Source of the DNA: an uncultured virus (IMG/VR IMGVR_UViG_3300028840_008158)
Taxonomy: Duplodnaviria; Heunggongvirae; Uroviricota; Caudoviricetes
Direction: 5' to 3' (one strand)
DNA: 64,000 nt
Virus record (IMG/VR): IMGVR_UViG_3300028840_008158
The translations under genes were made by a program, and so were the position numbers. Positions 5,812 through 14,910 of the stretch are shown here, in pieces. The notes beneath the pieces are model-generated. The model did no database searches. It saw nothing but the letters and a program-made list of their open reading frames with translations, and was not told the DNA's origin. Position 1 is the first letter of the stretch. Every line of letters starts with the position of its first letter.

Positions 5812-6414
5812 TTACGAGCGAGAAACTTTGCGCTTTTGGATGAGCCATGCGGGGTCGGTGGGGCGCCACCTCCTGGTGACGGCGTAAAGCGGGTTCGAAT
5901 GTTCAAGCTTTCCGTTGTCCAGCCGGCTTCTTTCGAGCCACCTGATCTCGTCGACGATGTCATTATGGAACAAGTCCGACAAGTCCCTCAGCCTCCGGGC
6001 CGATCGCTCGTCGAGGGCGAACCCGATGATCCACCCCATCCTCCTGAGTGACACGGGGAACTCGTCGATTCCGTTCGTCGAGTGCGCGAAGCCAAGGCCC
6101 TGACGGGCCATTTTCCTGCTTGGCGAAGCCCCCTTGAACCTGGCGATCGACTTGGCCCTGAACTTGTAAGGGCGATCATTTTGGTCCCTGGTCTTGTAGG
6201 TTTCGCCAATGACGACCGCGTACCCCTTGGGAACCCTGTTGGTCCGACGGATGTCGGCCCCCCAGATGTCGGCGGTGACGGGCTCCGTCCTGTTCTCGGA
6301 AGCCATCTGGGACATTCTCTGCGAATGGTTGACACGAACTTCGTCGACCTGGAAGTCAAATTTCTCGATCTCGGCGAAGGCTTCCCCGAGTTCGCTGACG
6401 TCGTCCCTGTCCAT
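5812..6414 (-). CDS. hypothetical protein; N-terminus resembles an HK97 major-capsid A-domain fragment
   Basis: AFAEIEKFDFQV...ADIWGADIRRTNRVPKGYAVV; AAGGAG RBS. Confidence 0.55.
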   Translation of the reverse strand: MDRDDVSELGEAFAEIEKFDFQVDEVRVNHSQRMSQMASENRTEPVTADIWGADIRRTNRVPKGYAVVIGETYKTRDQNDRPYKFRAKSIARFKGASPSRKMARQGLGFAHSTNGIDEFPVSLRRMGWIIGFALDERSARRLRDLSDLFHNDIVDEIRWLERSRLDNGKLEHSNPLYAVTRRWRPTDPAWLIQKRKVSRS

Positions 6415-6432
6415 GCTGTCTCCTTGCGCTAA

Positions 6433-6461
6433 ATGATACGTTCCATCCAAATTTTAATCAA
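6433..6461 (-). promoter_or_regulatory. sigma70-type promoter (divergent pair, leftward)
   Basis: TTGATT, 17 bp spacer, TATCAT. Confidence 0.6.
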
Positions 6462-6481
6462 GTTTTTTTGTCCCGGATGGC

Positions 6482-6509
6482 TTGACATCCGTGTAGGACC
6501 GGGTATCCT
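6482..6509 (+). promoter_or_regulatory. sigma70-type promoter (divergent pair, rightward)
   Basis: TTGACA, 16 bp spacer, TATCCT, 9 nt before ATG 6519. Confidence 0.6.
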
Positions 6510-6518
6510 GTACTTCGG

Positions 6519-8096
6519 ATGGCCAAGAAATGGTCTTGGCTTTTGGTTGCAGGACTTCGGACGAAAGCGGGGCTTGATCTCATGATCAACCCAGTCGAAT
6601 TCCCCGGACTAACCCCGTCAGGAACAGCGAGGATGGCCTCGTCGAAGCCCGTCCCTTCCTACGTCTTGGACTGGACGGCCTTCCCTCCTGAGGCGGGACC
6701 AGCGGGGTGTTCGACGCAGCGCTTCGCCCTCGGCAACGTCGTCCAGCAAAAACTCCGCGATTTGTCCCTTTCCGCCGTTTTGGCGTCCAATGATCGCCTC
6801 AACGGCCGAGCGGCGACCCCATGCGTCCTGGCGTTGGCGGGATGCATCCGGGGGTTCGCGGACTTGCTGGCCGATTGCGCCGTCGACCCGAAGACGTCCT
6901 CCTGGGCAAGCCGCGAGAGAAAGGAAGAGCTGGCGCGCTGGATCGCGCTGCGGATTTGGAGGAAGGTCGACCCGAGGAAGCGCATGGGCTTCGATCCAGA
7001 GTCCCTTGTTTTGGTCGGGATCACCGACGAGAAAGGGAAAGTCATGGATACGGCGCAGAAGGTCAAGGTTGTATCGGAGAAGTTCCAGAAGTTCGACGGG
7101 CCCCCCTTCGACTACAAGGCGATTGTCGTCAAGGACGGCAAGCTGTATCGGCTTCATTTGTGCCTCGACTCGGGCGACAACGCGGACCTGGCGGACGCCA
7201 GGCGCGTCGAGGGAGGCAAGACGCTGACCGGTTCCGTCGCGATGGACGTCTCGAGCAAGACCGGAAAATGCATCGTGTTGGTCATCGACGACGAAGGGGA
7301 CCGTGAATACGACGACGTCGAGGAGTTCCTGTCGGAATGGGTCCTCAACGGGCATCCGCAACGCCCGGGCGTCGTCGAGGAAGTCGGCGCGGTCCCTCCG
7401 CTCGACGGAAGTCGCGAGTTCGAGTACGAGAAAGAGGGCGACGGCGACCTGGCGCGATCCGTCTGGATCAGGCCCGCTCCGGCGGCCTTGTTCGGTCCCG
7501 GCGCGGAGGACAAGATCGAATGCGGCGACGCGTTCATCAACGAGGAGGGCGTCTGGTTCTCCATGGTCGCCATCCATGAGACGGACGACGGGCCGAGGTT
7601 CGACTTGTTCAGCATGTCCCCCCCCGCCGAAAACCTCTACTCGACGGAGTTCTACCCGTTCGAGAACGAGGACCGGGAAGACCTGCTCGTCGACTTGGAC
7701 GACCTGCTCAACAATTACGTCATCGTATCCAAGATGGACGAGCGGTCGGTTCCTTTCCAGACGGAAGCAGAGGTCACGACCTTCAAGGGCGAAGCCCGCT
7801 GCGTCGTCTTGCGCAAGGGATACAAGGCCATGCGTTTCAGGATCGGCGACAAGGTTCCTGGCGCGGGGAAGCTCGCCGCGATCATGGACGCCGATCCAGG
7901 CGAGGACTCGATGTTCGCGTACATCCTCGACGGGGACATCAAGCTTCCGGCGTTCGAGAGGTTCGACGAGGTCATGTCTCGGGCAAGCTATTGGGAAGAC
8001 TGGGCCCCGTACCGAACCCCTAACGAGAGGGACCCCAAGCTGGCCCAGGCGCTCGCCAAGGCTCATTTTGGAGAGGACGAGGACGAGGACGAATGA
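6519..8096 (+). CDS. hypothetical acidic protein
   Basis: 525-aa ORF, no recognised motif. Confidence 0.75.
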   Translation: MAKKWSWLLVAGLRTKAGLDLMINPVEFPGLTPSGTARMASSKPVPSYVLDWTAFPPEAGPAGCSTQRFALGNVVQQKLRDLSLSAVLASNDRLNGRAATPCVLALAGCIRGFADLLADCAVDPKTSSWASRERKEELARWIALRIWRKVDPRKRMGFDPESLVLVGITDEKGKVMDTAQKVKVVSEKFQKFDGPPFDYKAIVVKDGKLYRLHLCLDSGDNADLADARRVEGGKTLTGSVAMDVSSKTGKCIVLVIDDEGDREYDDVEEFLSEWVLNGHPQRPGVVEEVGAVPPLDGSREFEYEKEGDGDLARSVWIRPAPAALFGPGAEDKIECGDAFINEEGVWFSMVAIHETDDGPRFDLFSMSPPAENLYSTEFYPFENEDREDLLVDLDDLLNNYVIVSKMDERSVPFQTEAEVTTFKGEARCVVLRKGYKAMRFRIGDKVPGAGKLAAIMDADPGEDSMFAYILDGDIKLPAFERFDEVMSRASYWEDWAPYRTPNERDPKLAQALAKAHFGEDEDEDE

Positions 8097-8122
8097 TCCT
8101 CGGACGTTAGGCGATTGGCTAG

Positions 8123-8156
8123 GCGGCCCGGGCGAATGCCCGGGCCGCTTCTTATT
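8123..8156 (+). terminator. intrinsic terminator between convergent genes
   Basis: GCGGCCCGGGC-GAAT-GCCCGGGCCGC followed by TTCTTATT. Confidence 0.75.
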
Positions 8157-8424
8157 CGACCAAGACCATCGATACCCGAGGGGCTCGTCCGAGCGCGTCG
8201 TTGGCCCACGAGAAGACGATGTGCTCGCACGCGTTGGAGGATGACATTGTCCCCCCGTAAAAACGGTTATAAACGTTGGTACTAATCCGGGCAGCGTCGG
8301 GTTCCAGTAGCCGGATCATCTTGCAGGCGACGCCGCCCCTCGATGACGAGCGGTCGGCGCGGACTCTGCCGGCGGCGATGTCGGCGAGCTGCATCGTCAT
8401 GGGGACGGGCTTTATGTAGGTCAT
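8152..8424 (-). CDS. hypothetical protein
   Basis: MTYIKPVP..., TGATG coupling to the upstream gene. Confidence 0.5.
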   Translation of the reverse strand: MTYIKPVPMTMQLADIAAGRVRADRSSSRGGVACKMIRLLEPDAARISTNVYNRFYGGTMSSSNACEHIVFSWANDALGRAPRVSMVLVE

Positions 8425-8861
8425 CAAGCCTTCCATTTCGATTGCTTGTAAATGCCGCCCAGCTCGTCGGCCAAATCCGGGGCGTCTTTCTCGGGGTCCG
8501 CCGTCGACGGTATTATGAATGGCTTGTGCCCCTCCTGAAGAATGACGTCGGGACCCGCGCCCGAGCGCATCGCGTCCGCCGCGTAGCCCAACCGCGAGCA
8601 TTCGGACATCACCATGTCCATCTCGTCGCGGGAAACCATGTACACGGCCCACTTCTTGCCGGACCGGCAAACGCACATGGCGACGGCGACCTTGGGCATC
8701 CCGGCGGCGCAACGCTCGCATGGGGTCCCAACATCCGACGGGCAGAGCAACGAGAAGGACGAGCCCCATTGTCGGCCATCCTCGTGCAGGTAGCCCTCGA
8801 AGACGTCCCCGTAGAGCCTGATCTGGGCGCTTCCGGACGCGTCGTAGGAGAGTGGATTCAT
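8424..8861 (-). CDS. hypothetical Cys-rich protein
   Basis: MNPLSYD..., CERC and CVC motifs. Confidence 0.55.
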   Translation of the reverse strand: MNPLSYDASGSAQIRLYGDVFEGYLHEDGRQWGSSFSLLCPSDVGTPCERCAAGMPKVAVAMCVCRSGKKWAVYMVSRDEMDMVMSECSRLGYAADAMRSGAGPDVILQEGHKPFIIPSTADPEKDAPDLADELGGIYKQSKWKA

Positions 8862-9118
8862 GGGAAAGAGCGCCTGGGGCCGCGGGCGACGGGCGCATGA
8901 TCTGACCAGCCGCAGTCCACCCATATTTGCATTGCCATATCCCGCATGTAGACTTGCATGTTCCTGATGCGCCGCCACGACGGCGCGCCGGCGAGTCGCA
9001 TGAAAACGATCTCGTTACCGCTGGCGACGGGGCCGTAGAATAGCAGCGCGAGGCGCTTGGTGTCGCGAAACGCCCACGGCTTCAATTCGGGCCTCTCGAG
9101 GTCGGAATCTACGTACAT
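8858..9118 (-). CDS. hypothetical protein
   Basis: coupled ORF, GAGG RBS. Confidence 0.45.
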   Translation of the reverse strand: MYVDSDLERPELKPWAFRDTKRLALLFYGPVASGNEIVFMRLAGAPSWRRIRNMQVYMRDMAMQIWVDCGWSDHAPVARGPRRSFP

Positions 9119-9348
9119 GTTGCCTCGCAGACGTATTGGTTGATGATCAGGCGCCTCCTCAATGATCGTTGCCGGTCAATCCTGTGCCAGCGACGGAATA
9201 TTCTCGGGGCGGCGTAGCTTTCGACGCAGCCCCTCCAGGCCTCCTGGAACGACGCCGTGAGGACGCCTGCGCAGGGCCCGATGTCGGCGCTCATCCTGAA
9301 AAGCCGTAGTTCCTTGGTCACGGGCTGGACTCGTTTCGACCGTCTCAT
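9109..9348 (-). CDS. hypothetical basic protein
   Basis: MRRSKRVQ..., ATGA overlap with the UDG stop. Confidence 0.4.
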   Translation of the reverse strand: MRRSKRVQPVTKELRLFRMSADIGPCAGVLTASFQEAWRGCVESYAAPRIFRRWHRIDRQRSLRRRLIINQYVCEATCT

Positions 9349-9911
9349 CCGATCTCCTCTGCCACCTCGGCGATGTCCCCCTCGAACTCCTCCCTGGGCT
9401 GGATCCACCCCTGACAGTCGCTCCGCATCACGTAACTGGGATGATACGTCGGGAGCGTCCTCACCCCCTTGCAGGTCACCCAGTTGCCGCGCATCGAGGT
9501 GATTCCGGTAAGGCCGGCGACGTGCCTGAGCGGGGAGTTCCCGAGCAGGAGTATCCGCTCGGGCCTCGTGATCTCTATGGCCCTGTCGAGCCACAGGGAG
9601 ACGCAGATCGAAGGGCATTCGTCCGTCGGGAACTTGTTCCTGGGGGGACGGCACCCGAGGACGTTGGTTATCAACGTCGTCTTGCGGTTGATCGTCTTGT
9701 GATGCCGCCGCAGGACGTCTCGCAGGACCATCCCTGCCTTCCCGACGAAGGGCTCGCCCTCGCGGTCCTCGTCCGCGCCGGGAGCCTCGCCGATGATCAT
9801 GAGGCGCGGGGTCATCGATCCGGTCCCGACGACGACCTGGGAGCAGGATTCGCGAAGGCGGCAGGACTTGCATTCTTTCATCTCGTCGTAAAGGGCCGAG
9901 AGGTCTTCCAT
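9345..9911 (-). CDS. uracil-DNA glycosylase family 4 (Fe-S type)
   Basis: CKSC, IGEAPG..ED..GEPFVG, NVLGCRPPRN, TYHPS. Confidence 0.93.
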   Translation of the reverse strand: MEDLSALYDEMKECKSCRLRESCSQVVVGTGSMTPRLMIIGEAPGADEDREGEPFVGKAGMVLRDVLRRHHKTINRKTTLITNVLGCRPPRNKFPTDECPSICVSLWLDRAIEITRPERILLLGNSPLRHVAGLTGITSMRGNWVTCKGVRTLPTYHPSYVMRSDCQGWIQPREEFEGDIAEVAEEIG

Positions 9912-9928
9912 CGTCGTATCATCCCTTC

Positions 9929-10969
9929 ATGAACGCTTACGAGTACCGCGACGCCCAGAAGGACGTCCTATACCTGAAGCTGCTAAAAAGCAAGCGCTCT
10001 TGGGGTTTCTTGGCCCCTCCGGGGTCATGGACCGAGTTCGAGGACGACGTCGAGGCGTATTTCTTCGATTGGATGAGCGGGGCCGAGAGGCGCGGATTCG
10101 AGGCCCTGAAGATGGTGTTTCGTAATGACGCGAGCGTCCCCGAGGCGGCCCGGCTCCTGAAGATCGACGAGGAGATTTGCCGCGACGAGATCGGCCGTTT
10201 CTGCAACATCGTCGCGTGGATGATGCCGCCTTCCGCCATGGGAGACATGAACCCGAGCTTGTCGGCGGCGCTTAGGTGCGAGATCAGGAGGGAGGAGCGC
10301 ATAGACGAAATCCCGGACAGGAAGCATCGGGCCCCCTGCACGTACGTCGACAACCGTCTTGCCCGCGCCCCCGAGGGCTCGGCGGCGGTCGTTATGGCCG
10401 CCATGGACGACTGCGTCATCCGGATGCTCGTCGGAAAAGCCTCCAAGCGCGTCGGGATGGACGAGGCGAGACAAGAGGCGCTCATCGTCATGGTGGGAGC
10501 CATGTCGACGTATGACCCGGACAAGGGGCCGCTGATGCCATACCTAAGGACGTGCGTCAAATTGCGCCTATATACGCTGCTCGGAGACCCCCGAAGACAA
10601 CGCCTGAAATGCAAGTCGATCGACGATACGGCCCCTCATCGAACGTATCCGGTCCCGTTGAAATATTACCTTCCCGCGAGAAATACCGCCGTCAAGACCA
10701 CGAAGGGAAGCGGCGTCGACGTCAAGATGGCCTCGGGCGTCATGAATCGGCTCACCAAGCTGGAGATGGCCGTCCTCAGGGGGAAGGTCGTCGGCCTGGA
10801 GTACAGGGACATCGCGAGGAGGTTGTGTATTGACGAGAAGTCGGTCGACAACGCCATGTCCAGGATTTGTCAAAAATTCAAGACGAACGCCAGGACGAAC
10901 ACGGCTAGGAAGAACGGTCTCGCGGGGAGGCCGGGGCTGCTGGGCCGCGCCAAGGAGAAGAGAAGGTAA
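9929..10969 (+). CDS. RNA polymerase sigma factor, SigH/ECF-like, with N-terminal extension
   Basis: region 2 DEARQEALI...YDPDKG...YLRTCVK; region 4 YRDIARRLCIDEKSVDNAMSRICQK. Confidence 0.8.
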   Translation: MNAYEYRDAQKDVLYLKLLKSKRSWGFLAPPGSWTEFEDDVEAYFFDWMSGAERRGFEALKMVFRNDASVPEAARLLKIDEEICRDEIGRFCNIVAWMMPPSAMGDMNPSLSAALRCEIRREERIDEIPDRKHRAPCTYVDNRLARAPEGSAAVVMAAMDDCVIRMLVGKASKRVGMDEARQEALIVMVGAMSTYDPDKGPLMPYLRTCVKLRLYTLLGDPRRQRLKCKSIDDTAPHRTYPVPLKYYLPARNTAVKTTKGSGVDVKMASGVMNRLTKLEMAVLRGKVVGLEYRDIARRLCIDEKSVDNAMSRICQKFKTNARTNTARKNGLAGRPGLLGRAKEKRR

Positions 10970-10976
10970 AGGAAAA

Positions 10977-11534
10977 TCATAGCTCCTCGATCCGATAGGC
11001 GTCCTGGACGTCCCTCATCAAGCCCCTGATCCCATCGACGTCGTCCTCGCCAACCATCCGGTCATACGCCGCGTACGCCTTGGACGCCTTGTCGATGGCG
11101 TCGTCACAGAACTCCCTCGCCTGTAGGTACATCCAGAGCATCCTCGACAGGGCGACGCCGTAATGATCCTCCGGGGACAGGTTCCTCAGGATGTCCTTCA
11201 GGGGCGTTTCGACTCGGATCGCGGGCTCGCCCTTCCCGTCCGTCAGCTTGATCCCCACCCGGAATGCCAGCCTCTTCATCGCCTCCACGAAGCCGACCCC
11301 CTCCAGCTTCTGGACCAGCGTGATGACGTCCCCGTGCTCGTTGCAGCCGAAACACTTGAAGACTTCGGTCCCGTCGGCCTTGGTCCCCACGTAGAAGCTG
11401 GGATCCGTCTCCTTGTGGAGCGGGCAAGCGCACTTGACCCGACGGCCGGCCTTGATCATGTCGACGCCGCGTTCCGTCAGGTAATCCGTTATCTTCGCCT
11501 GCCGGGCCACGGCCTTTATTTCCTCGCCCGTCAT
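10977..11534 (-). CDS. DnaG-type CHC2 zinc-binding domain protein without TOPRIM domain
   Basis: CPLHKETDPSF...FKCFGC...GDVITLVQKLEGVGFVEAMKRLA. Confidence 0.88.
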   Translation of the reverse strand: MTGEEIKAVARQAKITDYLTERGVDMIKAGRRVKCACPLHKETDPSFYVGTKADGTEVFKCFGCNEHGDVITLVQKLEGVGFVEAMKRLAFRVGIKLTDGKGEPAIRVETPLKDILRNLSPEDHYGVALSRMLWMYLQAREFCDDAIDKASKAYAAYDRMVGEDDVDGIRGLMRDVQDAYRIEEL

Positions 11535-11543
11535 GATGTTCTC

Positions 11544-13250
11544 CTAGAACTCGTCCTGACCGACGTCCTTGATGCCGACGTCCGAGTCGCTCCGCGGACC
11601 CAGCTCCTCCTCGTCGGCCGGTATCTGGAGGTCGCCGATCTTGGTATCGTACGGCGCGCCCGTCGCGACGTGGAGCGTGTTGGTGTCTCCGATCATGCAA
11701 TAATCATGGTCCACGAAAAGTTCTACCCCTTCCGCGTCGAGCTGGCTATGCCGGGCCTTGACGCACATGAGCTTCAGCTTCTCGCCCGGCATCGGCCAGA
11801 GGACGAAGACCGTGTCCGCCGTCGCCGGAATCTGGTTGGAGTCGGAGATGTCGTCGGTACTGAGGCCGGCCTTCTCGGGAGTCTCGTCCCCGTACTTGCG
11901 GATGCGCTCGATGGCCGCCCTGCGTAGCTGTGCGGCGGTGATGACGTGAAGCCCCATCTGCTCGCCCATCGACCTCATGTACTCGCAAATCTCGCCCAGC
12001 TCGAGGTCGCGGCGATCCATCCTCGGGGTCTCGGCGCCGACCATCGTCAGGTAGTCGATGATGACGATCTGCGGCTTGAACTCGTGTTGGTTTTCCTCGA
12101 TGTACCGCTCGAGCTGGCTGAGCTTGATCTTCTTGCTCTGGCCCACGTTCACGATGCGCAGCTTGTTCTTGCGGCCCTCGAGCATCTTCTTCCCGGAGGC
12201 CAGCCTGCTGACGTCGTCCCATTCCTCCTCCGTCGTGTCGACGCCCCGCAACGACTCGGCGATGCGATCCCTGAGCCCGCGCAGGCTCCGGAATCGCCCG
12301 TCGGCCTCCGCGTCGTCCCCGAGCCGCGACTGGATGTCGTCCATCTCCTTGTTCAGCTTTTCGATGCGCTCCGGGTCGTCCTTCTCCCTGATCTGTCCCT
12401 GGAAGGCGCGGGAGTACGACACCGGCTTCCCGAGGGCCGCCGACGCCCTGCAAAGCAACATCCCCTCCAGGAGCTTCGGCTCCATCTCCAGGCTCGCGTA
12501 CAGGACGTCGAAGCCGGCGCTCCAGAGGCCGTAGGCGATGTTGACGAGCGTCCTGGACTTGTATCCGCCGGGCTTCCCGACGAAGACCGTCAGGTGTCCC
12601 GGGCGGAACCCCCCGTTGGTCCTCTTGTCGATGGCCCGGATTCCGCACTCGTACCCCCGATACTTCTCGGGGTGGTGTTTCATGTCGATCATCCACGCCA
12701 CGACCTCCGAGTACTCGTCCATCAGGTCGTGCTCTCGTATCACGCCATGACCCGGGTCCGCCAGATCGCGCATGACGGCGTTGCGGAACCCCTCGATCGC
12801 GTCCTCCGCGACGCCCTTCTGGCAGTCGTTCAGGAACGACTCGTACAGCTTGGCGGCGAGCCTCTTCCGGTGCCTGTTCTTCACCTCCCGTATGAGCAGG
12901 TCGATGTTCAGGCGCCTCATCTCCTGCGCGGCCTTGCATCCCACCAGGAAGTGCTCGTAGTTGGCCGCGTCGTTCGGGTCGTTGCCCTCCTGAACCTTGA
13001 TCCGGGCCGCCTCCTCTGGCGTCGGGCGGTCCCGCGTCCTCTTGAAATGCATCATGAGATCGTCGAACGCGGTCCCGTAGGAGGCGTCGTCGAACCAGTC
13101 TCCCTTGACCCCGGCCTCCGCGACCTTCTCCGCCAGGGCGTGGTCGTCTGGGCGGTCATCCCCGTACGGGCTCTTCACCATGCAGCCTATGAGGATCGTC
13201 TCCGCGATCCTGTGGCCCTGGTCATGCTTGTCGACCTTGTTCGGAACCAT
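11544..13250 (-). CDS. dnaB: replicative DnaB-like helicase
   Basis: Walker A GKPGGYKS, SLEM, IIDYL, AAQL, VKARH; start MVPNK. Confidence 0.9.
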   Translation of the reverse strand: MVPNKVDKHDQGHRIAETILIGCMVKSPYGDDRPDDHALAEKVAEAGVKGDWFDDASYGTAFDDLMMHFKRTRDRPTPEEAARIKVQEGNDPNDAANYEHFLVGCKAAQEMRRLNIDLLIREVKNRHRKRLAAKLYESFLNDCQKGVAEDAIEGFRNAVMRDLADPGHGVIREHDLMDEYSEVVAWMIDMKHHPEKYRGYECGIRAIDKRTNGGFRPGHLTVFVGKPGGYKSRTLVNIAYGLWSAGFDVLYASLEMEPKLLEGMLLCRASAALGKPVSYSRAFQGQIREKDDPERIEKLNKEMDDIQSRLGDDAEADGRFRSLRGLRDRIAESLRGVDTTEEEWDDVSRLASGKKMLEGRKNKLRIVNVGQSKKIKLSQLERYIEENQHEFKPQIVIIDYLTMVGAETPRMDRRDLELGEICEYMRSMGEQMGLHVITAAQLRRAAIERIRKYGDETPEKAGLSTDDISDSNQIPATADTVFVLWPMPGEKLKLMCVKARHSQLDAEGVELFVDHDYCMIGDTNTLHVATGAPYDTKIGDLQIPADEEELGPRSDSDVGIKDVGQDEF

Positions 13251-14551
13251 CAAACCCCCGCCATCTCCTTGATCATCTCCTCCGCCGTCGCCTCGACCGA
13301 CTCCAGCCTGCCGGGCGTTATGGCCATCCGGACGATGTTTACGATTTCCAGGGCTTCCTTCTCCGTGATGGCGTCCTGGAGCCCAGGACAGGTCGAGAAC
13401 GCCCTTACGAGGGCCGTCCTGCGCTCGTCGTCGAACAGTCGGCCCCCGGCGTCCTCCTCCTTGACGAACTCGCGGAACCTCTCGACCGACTCCTTGCCTA
13501 GCTCGTCGTTCTCCACGAGCTGCCGGGCGACGTCCATGATCGTCGGTCCCGGAGGGCTCCACGAACCCATCGCGGCCCCGAACAGGAGCGCCCCGCGCAT
13601 GACGGCGCCGTCCTCGGCCGAGGCGGTCCGGTCAGTGAGCCGCTTGCGGTCCTCGGCGGCCTCCTTGTGGCGAAGCTTGTTGACGGCGTTGCGGTGTTCC
13701 TCGTACGTCTTGGACAGGTGCCCGTGTAGCACGTCCGACTCCTCCGGCGACAGGAGCAGCGCCACGCACGTCCTCTGGGAACACATCTCGTCCAGGAACG
13801 CGTCCCCCAGGGTTTCCCTGATCTGTCCGAGGAAGTCGTGCGAGGTGATCACCATGGATCCGCCCCGGCTCCGGTTCGCCCGTTGCGCCATCAGGCGATC
13901 GATGGATTGCGCGCCCATCGACTTGTGGCGGACGGAGTCTCCTCGGATGTCGAGCCTCGTGTCGGTCCGGACGCCCTCGACGACCATGACGTCGACGTTC
14001 TCGTAGTTCCAGTAGAGGCCTGACCTGGCCTCCTCCCCCGTCTGTCCCAAGGCCGTGGCCTTGTTGGCCGCCTCCTTGAAAACCTCGAACCTGGCCCACG
14101 CGGCGTCCTTGTCCCTCGGCGTGACCGAAAGGTCGCCCAGCGCCGCCATGATCTTCACGTTGGCCGCGATCAGTCCCCGGCCCGCGCCCTGCGGCCCCCT
14201 CAGGAACAGGTTGAGCCTGGCGTTGACCGACCTCGACATGGCCTTCCCGTACTCCTCGCTAGGGCGGAACGCGAACTCGTAGAGCTTCGAGATGAGGATC
14301 GCACGCTGCGCGCGCATGAGTTCCGGGAACGGCGTCTGTCGCTCGAACAGGGGAGGTTTCCACGAGTCCATCAGCTTGAGCCTGCGGTCAGGACCGAAGA
14401 ACTCCGGGTCGATCGTCTTCTTGACCCGATCCACGCGCTCGGACTCGCGCTTGCAGCGACACGGGGACATTTGGACGACGCCGCCGTCATAGAAGCTGAC
14501 CTGCTGCCCACAACGCTTGCAGACGATGGGTTTGGGCTTGATGAACGTCAT
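13250..14551 (-). CDS. DnaC/IstB-like helicase loader with degenerate P-loop
   Basis: N-terminal CKRC...CRC; LFLRGPQGAGRG; VMVVEG; directly upstream of dnaB. Confidence 0.6.
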   Translation of the reverse strand: MTFIKPKPIVCKRCGQQVSFYDGGVVQMSPCRCKRESERVDRVKKTIDPEFFGPDRRLKLMDSWKPPLFERQTPFPELMRAQRAILISKLYEFAFRPSEEYGKAMSRSVNARLNLFLRGPQGAGRGLIAANVKIMAALGDLSVTPRDKDAAWARFEVFKEAANKATALGQTGEEARSGLYWNYENVDVMVVEGVRTDTRLDIRGDSVRHKSMGAQSIDRLMAQRANRSRGGSMVITSHDFLGQIRETLGDAFLDEMCSQRTCVALLLSPEESDVLHGHLSKTYEEHRNAVNKLRHKEAAEDRKRLTDRTASAEDGAVMRGALLFGAAMGSWSPPGPTIMDVARQLVENDELGKESVERFREFVKEEDAGGRLFDDERRTALVRAFSTCPGLQDAITEKEALEIVNIVRMAITPGRLESVEATAEEMIKEMAGV

Positions 14552-14892
14552 CTGGAGGAGAGCTCCTTCGAGAGAAAATGGTTGTACCTCCTGACGTACT
14601 TGTGGGCCGCGTCGTAGAGCGGCTGTTGCTTGGCGGTCCGGATACAACCCGTCCCCACGACGCCCTTCTTCCCGTACTTGTCCACGAGTTTCGTCGGGAC
14701 GCCGGGGACCACGAGCGAGAAGCTCCATATGCCGGCGAATCGGTAGTCCCCGGACTCGATGGACCTCCTGGCGTCCTCCTCGGGATCGGCCCTATCTACG
14801 TCCTCGAGGGCCGGGAGCGGGACGAAGTTCCCGGTTTTCCTCTTGGGCTCGTGGGTCACCCTGGGCTTTCCGGCTGGCTTTATCGGTTCCAT
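14548..14892 (-). CDS. hypothetical protein
   Basis: GGAGGG RBS; coupled to the next gene. Confidence 0.6.
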   Translation of the reverse strand: MEPIKPAGKPRVTHEPKRKTGNFVPLPALEDVDRADPEEDARRSIESGDYRFAGIWSFSLVVPGVPTKLVDKYGKKGVVGTGCIRTAKQQPLYDAAHKYVRRYNHFLSKELSSR

Positions 14893-14910
14893 GATCTCTC
14901 CCCTCCGATA

